Source of the DNA: Candidatus Fraserbacteria bacterium | GTDB taxonomy: Bacteria; Bipolaricaulota; Bipolaricaulia; RBG-16-55-9; JANLFV01 | Direction of reading: 5' to 3' | NCBI GenBank assembly: GCA_037446135.1 | Contig: JBBIJD010000056.1 | Span: 1-10,979 of the forward strand | DNA: 10,979 nucleotides | Part shown: positions 6,061 to 10,979 of the stretch, piece after piece | Position numbering within the stretch: the first letter of the stretch is position 1 | How the letters are laid out: the number at the start of each line of letters is the position of its first letter | The notes under the pieces: model-generated | Told to the model about the DNA's origin: nothing | What the model saw: only the letters and a program-made list of their open reading frames with translations | Database searches by the model: none | Position numbers and translations under genes: made by a program

Positions 6061-7424
6061 TGGCCACAGAGTTCATCCCCCATACACCTGAGGATATCGC
6101 AGAGATGCTGGCTGCGATCGGTGCGGGCTCGATCGAGGAGCTCTTCTCCGACATCCCCGCCGAGGTCCGGGAGAGATACAAGCCCCTGGGGCTCGAGCCG
6201 AAGAGCGAGCTCGAGGTCTCCCGTGAGCTCCGTAGGCTCGCGGCGGAGAACCTCGATCCCACAGGGTTCATCTCCTTCCTCGGCGGGGGGATCTATGACC
6301 ACTTTATCCCGGCTGTCGTCGAGCAGATCCTCTCGAGGTCGGAGTTCTATACCGCTTATACCCCCTATCAGGCCGAGATCAGCCAGGGGACTCTCACCTG
6401 GATGTTCGAGTTCCAGACCCTCGTGTGCGAGCTGACCGGGATGGAAGTGGCCAATAGCTCGATGTATGACGGGGCCACGGCCCTGGCCGAGGCGCTGTTC
6501 ATGGCCTCGAGGGTCACCGGGAAGAGGAGGTTCCTGCTGGCCGAGGGCGTGAACCCTTCCTATCGCCAGGTCCTTCGGACTTATGCCTGGGCTGCGGACT
6601 TGCAGTTGCTCGAGCTGCCTTATGACGGACTGGGGCAGCTCGACCGCGAGGCTTTGAAAGAGCAGCTCACCCGCGAGCTTGAAGTCGGGGGCTTGCTCAT
6701 CCAGTCCCCGAACTTCTTCGGGATCGTCGAAGACCTCGAGGGCTTGAAAGAGTTGCTCGGTGAGGCCTTCCTGATCGTGAGCACCAATCCCATCTCCCTC
6801 GGGCTATTGAGGCCTCCGGGGGAGTTCGGGGCGGACATCGTCGTCGGAGAGGGGCAGGCCCTGGGGAACCCTCCGAACTTCGGCGGGCCACTTTTGGGGC
6901 TCTTCGCCACCAGACAGAGGTATTTAAGGCAGATGCCAGGGCGGGTCTCCGGCCAGACCGTCGATGCCGAAGGGAAGACCGGTTATGTGATGGCCCTCCA
7001 GACGAGGGAGCAGCACATCCGCCGGGAGCGGGCCACCTCAAACATCTGCACTAATGAGGCCCTCTGCGCCCTTGCGGCCACGGTCTGGCTCGCGGCCCTG
7101 GGGAAGGAAGGCTTGAGGGAGCTGGCTGAACTGAATTTGCAGAAGGCCCATTACCTGGCCGAGCGAATCGCTGGGATAAAAGGCTATAGGCTCAAGTTCA
7201 CCGGGCCGTTCTTCAACGAGTTTGTGGTCCAACTCCCCCAAGGCCGCCGGCCCAGCGAGCTCTTGGCAGCCCTCCGGGAGGCCAAGATCCTGGGCGGGCT
7301 CGACCTCTCGCTCTACGGCTTGAAGGACTCGATCCTGGTGGCTGTGACGGAGAAGCGGACCAAAGAGGAGCTAGACCTCTTCGTCGAAGAGGTGGCGCGC
7401 CACCTAGAGGAGGCCACGAGATGA
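6060..7424 (+). CDS. gcvPA: Glycine dehydrogenase (decarboxylating) subunit 1
   Basis: [63 protein letters not shown] coupling with gcvH. Confidence 0.97.
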   Translation: MATEFIPHTPEDIAEMLAAIGAGSIEELFSDIPAEVRERYKPLGLEPKSELEVSRELRRLAAENLDPTGFISFLGGGIYDHFIPAVVEQILSRSEFYTAYTPYQAEISQGTLTWMFEFQTLVCELTGMEVANSSMYDGATALAEALFMASRVTGKRRFLLAEGVNPSYRQVLRTYAWAADLQLLELPYDGLGQLDREALKEQLTRELEVGGLLIQSPNFFGIVEDLEGLKELLGEAFLIVSTNPISLGLLRPPGEFGADIVVGEGQALGNPPNFGGPLLGLFATRQRYLRQMPGRVSGQTVDAEGKTGYVMALQTREQHIRRERATSNICTNEALCALAATVWLAALGKEGLRELAELNLQKAHYLAERIAGIKGYRLKFTGPFFNEFVVQLPQGRRPSELLAALREAKILGGLDLSLYGLKDSILVAVTEKRTKEELDLFVEEVARHLEEATR

Positions 7425-8863
7425 CGATCTTCGAGTTGAGCAAGCCCGGAAGACGGGGCGTGAGCCTTCCTGGGCTCGATCTCCCCCGCCGAGACCTAGA
7501 AACCTTGATCCCCCAAAAGCTCTTGCGACACGAGCCTCCTCGGCTCCCTGAGGTGAGCCAGCCCGACCTCGTCCGGCATTACACAAAGCTCTCGAAGATG
7601 AATTACAGCGTGGACGACGGCCTCTACCCTTTGGGGAGCTGCACGATGAAGTATAACCCCAAGGTGAACGAGGCCCTGGCGAGGCTCCCCCAGTTCGCCG
7701 GGGCCCATCCCCTCCAAGGGGAGGAGCTCTCCCAGGGGCTTCTAAGGCTGATGTTCGAGCTGGGGGAGCTATTGAAGGGGCTCGCCGGCTTGCCTGCGAT
7801 CACCCTCCAGCCGGCCGCGGGGGCCCATGGCGAGCTTTTGGGAATGCTCCTGATCAGGAAGCACTTCGAGGAGCGAGGTGAGCTCGCTAGAAGGACGAAG
7901 ATCCTCCTCCCCGACTCGGCCCATGGGACCAACCCTGCCTCGGCCCATACCGCCGGATTCCAGGTGATCGAGACCCCCTCCGATGAGAGGGGGATGGTCG
8001 ACCTCGCTGGCCTCCGGAAGAACATGACGGACGAGGTCGCTGGGATCATGCTCACCGTCCCCAATACCCTGGGGATCTTCGAGGAGGAGATCCTCGAGAT
8101 CGCGGAGATAGTCCATCGAGCTGGCGGGCTCTGCTACTTCGACGGGGCGAACTTAAACTCGATCGTCGGACGGGCCAGGCCCGGAGATATGGGGATGGAC
8201 ATCGTCCACTTCAATCTTCACAAGACCTTCTCGACTCCTCATGGGGGAGGAGGGCCCGGCTCAGGCCCCGTGGCCGTGACTGAGGAATTAGAGCCTTACC
8301 TGCCAGTGCCAGTGGTCGCCAAGCGCGACGAGCGTTACTACCTGGACTACGACCGGCCCAAGTCGATCGGGAAGGTCCACAGCTTCTTCGGGAACTTCAC
8401 GGTGATGGTCCGGGCTTACGCTTATATCCTGATGCTCGGGGACGAGGGCTTACGAGCCGTGAGCGGGAGCGCCGTCCTGGCCGCCAACTACCTCAAGGAG
8501 CGGCTGAAGAAGACTTATAAGCTCCCCTATGATCGGCCCTGCAAGCACGAGTTCGTCCTCTCCGGGAAGGGACTAGGAGAAGGGGTTCGCACCCTCGACA
8601 TCGCCAAGCGCCTCATAGATTACGGCTTCCATCCCCCGACCATCTATTTCCCGCTGATCGTGGAGGAGGCCCTGATGATCGAGCCGACGGAGACCGTGAG
8701 CAAGGAGGAGCTCGATCGGTTCATCGCCGCGATGGAGGAGATCGCAAGGGAAGCCAGGGAGCGCTCGGAGCTACTCAAGGAGGCCCCGCACCATGCCCCG
8801 GTCCGCCGGCTCGATGAGGTCCGAGCCGCCCGCCAGCCGATCCTCCGGGCCGGGCTGGATTAA
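7421..8863 (+). CDS. gcvPB: Glycine dehydrogenase (decarboxylating) subunit 2
   Basis: [34 protein letters not shown]-lysine motif [42 protein letters not shown] overlap with gcvPA. Confidence 0.97.
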   Translation: MTIFELSKPGRRGVSLPGLDLPRRDLETLIPQKLLRHEPPRLPEVSQPDLVRHYTKLSKMNYSVDDGLYPLGSCTMKYNPKVNEALARLPQFAGAHPLQGEELSQGLLRLMFELGELLKGLAGLPAITLQPAAGAHGELLGMLLIRKHFEERGELARRTKILLPDSAHGTNPASAHTAGFQVIETPSDERGMVDLAGLRKNMTDEVAGIMLTVPNTLGIFEEEILEIAEIVHRAGGLCYFDGANLNSIVGRARPGDMGMDIVHFNLHKTFSTPHGGGGPGSGPVAVTEELEPYLPVPVVAKRDERYYLDYDRPKSIGKVHSFFGNFTVMVRAYAYILMLGDEGLRAVSGSAVLAANYLKERLKKTYKLPYDRPCKHEFVLSGKGLGEGVRTLDIAKRLIDYGFHPPTIYFPLIVEEALMIEPTETVSKEELDRFIAAMEEIAREARERSELLKEAPHHAPVRRLDEVRAARQPILRAGLD

Positions 8864-8930
8864 TAACTCCGCTCGCCCTAATAGCCGCTGCCTTCCACTA
8901 GAAGAGGGGTAGGCCCCCAGCCATCCTATA

Positions 8931-8959
8931 TGTTATAATCCCTTCGAGAAGGGATTATA
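8931..8959. promoter_or_regulatory. Perfect 12-bp inverted repeat containing an extended -10 (operator/promoter, or gcv terminator)
   Basis: TATAATCCCTTC-GA-GAAGGGATTATA (8934-8959), with TGTTATAAT at 8931-8939. It is followed by TCTTT, which is only a weak U-tract. Confidence 0.6.
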
Positions 8960-9035
8960 TCTTTCCTAATCTAAGCGAGCAGGCTCGGGGCAGTTGAGGT
9001 GCTCGCTCCGCTCACCTGCTCGCCGGGGTGGGAGG

Positions 9036-10874
9036 ATGGCAAGGCTCGCTTGGCTGATCCCGGTCGCATGCCTCCTGCTCCCTGCGCTTTGCCGGGCGAG
9101 TGGGGAGTGGGAGGGGGCGGTCAAATTAGAGGCCGTAAGTGATGCTACCGGCTTGCTCGAAGAGTCCCTCGACCTCGCTGCAAGCTCGACCTGGGATCTC
9201 TCCCTCGCCGGACTGGAGCTGGAAGTGAATCGTTCATTTAGAGAGCTCGTGAGCGATGTCTATAGCGTCAACGGAGCCATCAGCGCTATCAAGGAGCTGA
9301 AGGCTAGGAAGGTGCTCGAGGGCAAGGTGGAACTGCTGGCCAAGCTCGATGCGGCAAGGACAGCCCTGGAGCGAGGAGAGACCGCCCTAGCGGTGACCCA
9401 ACTCCGGCACTTCATCGTCCAGGTCGAGGAACTATATCTGGCAGGGGGATTCACGACCAGGGAGGCCAATTCCTTGATTGAGGGGACCTCCGAAAACCCC
9501 GGAGCTGAGAGGATCATCAAGAAGATCAATAAGGGCAGGAACGAAAGCGAGTTTCAATTAGACCTGGCAGCCACCATCGCGTCGCTCGGGCTTTCCTGGG
9601 GGCTCCAGGTTGGGAAGGCCCTCTTCCCAGCCCCGGGGGAAGATCATCGGGAGGCCGAGGCCTATCTCGCCGTAGAGGCCGAGTATAGCCAGCTCGACCT
9701 CTCCCTCAAGCTAGAGCACCAGCAGGTGGACTTCTTCCAGAGATGGTCTCGAGAGGAAAGCAAACGGGTCGATCAGATGGACCTCAGGGCCGAGCTCGAC
9801 CTGGGGGACCTAGAGCTCACCAAGAGCCTGAACTATGAGAGGACATTCTTCCCTGAGCAGATCGGGAAGGAGGTCGAAGTGACCCGCATTGCTGAAGTTG
9901 AGAAAGCTATCGAGGTGCTAAAACAAGCGATTGAAGCCTCGCCTACCCTATCCGACGAAATAAAGAAAGAGCTAGCCGGTGACGAAAGCAAGCTGGAAAA
10001 GGCATTGCAAGCATTAAAAGATAGCCGGAGGGGCAGAGCTGTCGATCACCTTGAAGACTTCATCGACCTTGTGGAGCGGAGGCGGCGGGAGGGAAAGATC
10101 ACCAAAGTGGATGCTGAATGGCTAATCTCGGAGGTCTGGGTGATCCTCCCTCGCGCGCGGAGCAGGACCATCAGCGGCACAATGGGGGCAGAGTTCGCGC
10201 TCAGCCCGCTCGGACTGGAGATAGAAGTAGAGGGCACAGGCACACTGAAGGCCTTCCCGGCCGAGACGAAGAAGGACGAGAGGGCCGCCGCTATCGCGAT
10301 CGGATTCGAGGCCGAGCGGGGCGGGCTCTCCCTTGAGGGGAGCGCCGCCTGGAAGGGGAGGCTCTTCCCGAACGATCCCGCCAAAGATGAGCTGCTCGAG
10401 GACTGGGAAGGCACGGCCACCTTCGCGACAGAGGGCTTCGAGGCCACCGGGTCCTTCGGGATAAAGACCACCATCTACTCAAATAGCAGCGCTAAGACCA
10501 ACACAGTCCAGGCGAGGAACTTGGAACTAGAGTGGGAGCTCGCCCGCGCCGCTTTCGCCCTAAGCTGGGAACGGGAGACGACTAGCTACCCCCATGCTGC
10601 CGCGAAGGGTAAATTGGTCGATGAGCTCGGACTGGTCCTGGAATTCGCCCAGCCGGACTTCACCATCGACTTGGAGAGGGAGGCCACGATCTATCCCCTC
10701 GCCCTGGCCAAGGCCAAGCTCGTGGAAAGCGCCAAGTTCCAGCTCGACTGGGAACTCGCCCCCACGATGCAGTTCAGCCTGGCCATTAATTTCGCTATCG
10801 AGAGCCACCCTGCTGAGCCAGCCAAGGCCAAGACCACTGCCAGCGTCGAGCTCGCCCTGGAGCAGAGGTTCTGA
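9036..10874 (+). CDS. Exported protein, predicted outer-membrane beta-barrel with two inserted helical (FIMAH-like) domains
   Basis: Signal peptide MARLAWLIPVACLLLPALCRA from ATG 9036, many alternating amphipathic strands, C-terminal beta-signal-like VELALEQRF, and two mutually similar helical inserts. Confidence 0.7.
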   Translation: MARLAWLIPVACLLLPALCRASGEWEGAVKLEAVSDATGLLEESLDLAASSTWDLSLAGLELEVNRSFRELVSDVYSVNGAISAIKELKARKVLEGKVELLAKLDAARTALERGETALAVTQLRHFIVQVEELYLAGGFTTREANSLIEGTSENPGAERIIKKINKGRNESEFQLDLAATIASLGLSWGLQVGKALFPAPGEDHREAEAYLAVEAEYSQLDLSLKLEHQQVDFFQRWSREESKRVDQMDLRAELDLGDLELTKSLNYERTFFPEQIGKEVEVTRIAEVEKAIEVLKQAIEASPTLSDEIKKELAGDESKLEKALQALKDSRRGRAVDHLEDFIDLVERRRREGKITKVDAEWLISEVWVILPRARSRTISGTMGAEFALSPLGLEIEVEGTGTLKAFPAETKKDERAAAIAIGFEAERGGLSLEGSAAWKGRLFPNDPAKDELLEDWEGTATFATEGFEATGSFGIKTTIYSNSSAKTNTVQARNLELEWELARAAFALSWERETTSYPHAAAKGKLVDELGLVLEFAQPDFTIDLEREATIYPLALAKAKLVESAKFQLDWELAPTMQFSLAINFAIESHPAEPAKAKTTASVELALEQRF

Positions 10875-10884
10875 TCAGTCAGAC

Positions 10885-10979
10885 TCAGACGACATCATCC
10901 TTGGAGATCCCGGGGACTTCGACTCGCCTTCCGTCCTCCAGCTCGATGATCGTCGTCCCCTTGAAGATGTTGTGCCCCA
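10885..10979 (-). CDS. C-terminal fragment of a convergent gene, possibly PSP1/RicT (YaaT)-like
   Basis: The minus frame reads ...GHNIFKGTTIIELEDGRRVEVPGISKDDVV* with GC-rich third codon positions. The family guess rests on only 30 residues. Confidence 0.45.
   Translation of the reverse strand, partial: GHNIFKGTTIIELEDGRRVEVPGISKDDVV

Noticed and set aside
5641..8116. Minus-strand and alternative-frame ORFs across the gcv genes
   Set aside because: Shadows of highly conserved gcvH, gcvPA and gcvPB.
8994..9035. TTG start for the barrel gene
   Set aside because: ATG 9036 gives a canonical signal peptide and has a purine-rich upstream sequence. The extra 14 residues add nothing recognisable.
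9036..10874. TonB-dependent iron receptor call for the barrel, given the nearby feo genes
   Set aside because: No plug domain or TonB box is evident, strands begin right after the signal peptide, and the gcv operon separates it from the iron genes.

Overview
GC-rich bacterial window with three blocks. (1) A minus-strand cluster, read right to left: a Fur-family regulator, feoA, feoB and a FeoC-like gene. A second promoter with a perfect palindromic operator then drives DUF134 (HTH plus Zn ribbon), DUF5320, a NifB/NifX(MTH1175)-DUF5320 fusion with a GMGRG low-complexity linker, an internally deleted DPSL/ferritin-like remnant with an ATA in place of its start codon, a 52-aa double-CPKCG protein, an 83-aa Gly/Tyr/Trp/Pro-rich protein, and a second NifB/NifX protein that runs off the left edge and is missing from the ORF track. 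(2) A divergently transcribed glycine cleavage cluster, gcvH-gcvPA-gcvPB, without gcvT. (3) A 612-aa signal-peptide protein that looks like a repeat-built outer-membrane beta-barrel (about 22 strands, C-terminal Phe) with two FIMAH-like helical domains inserted in loops. It is preceded by a perfect 12-bp inverted repeat and converges on a partial gene at the right edge. All family calls come from motif recognition by eye; no database searches were run.
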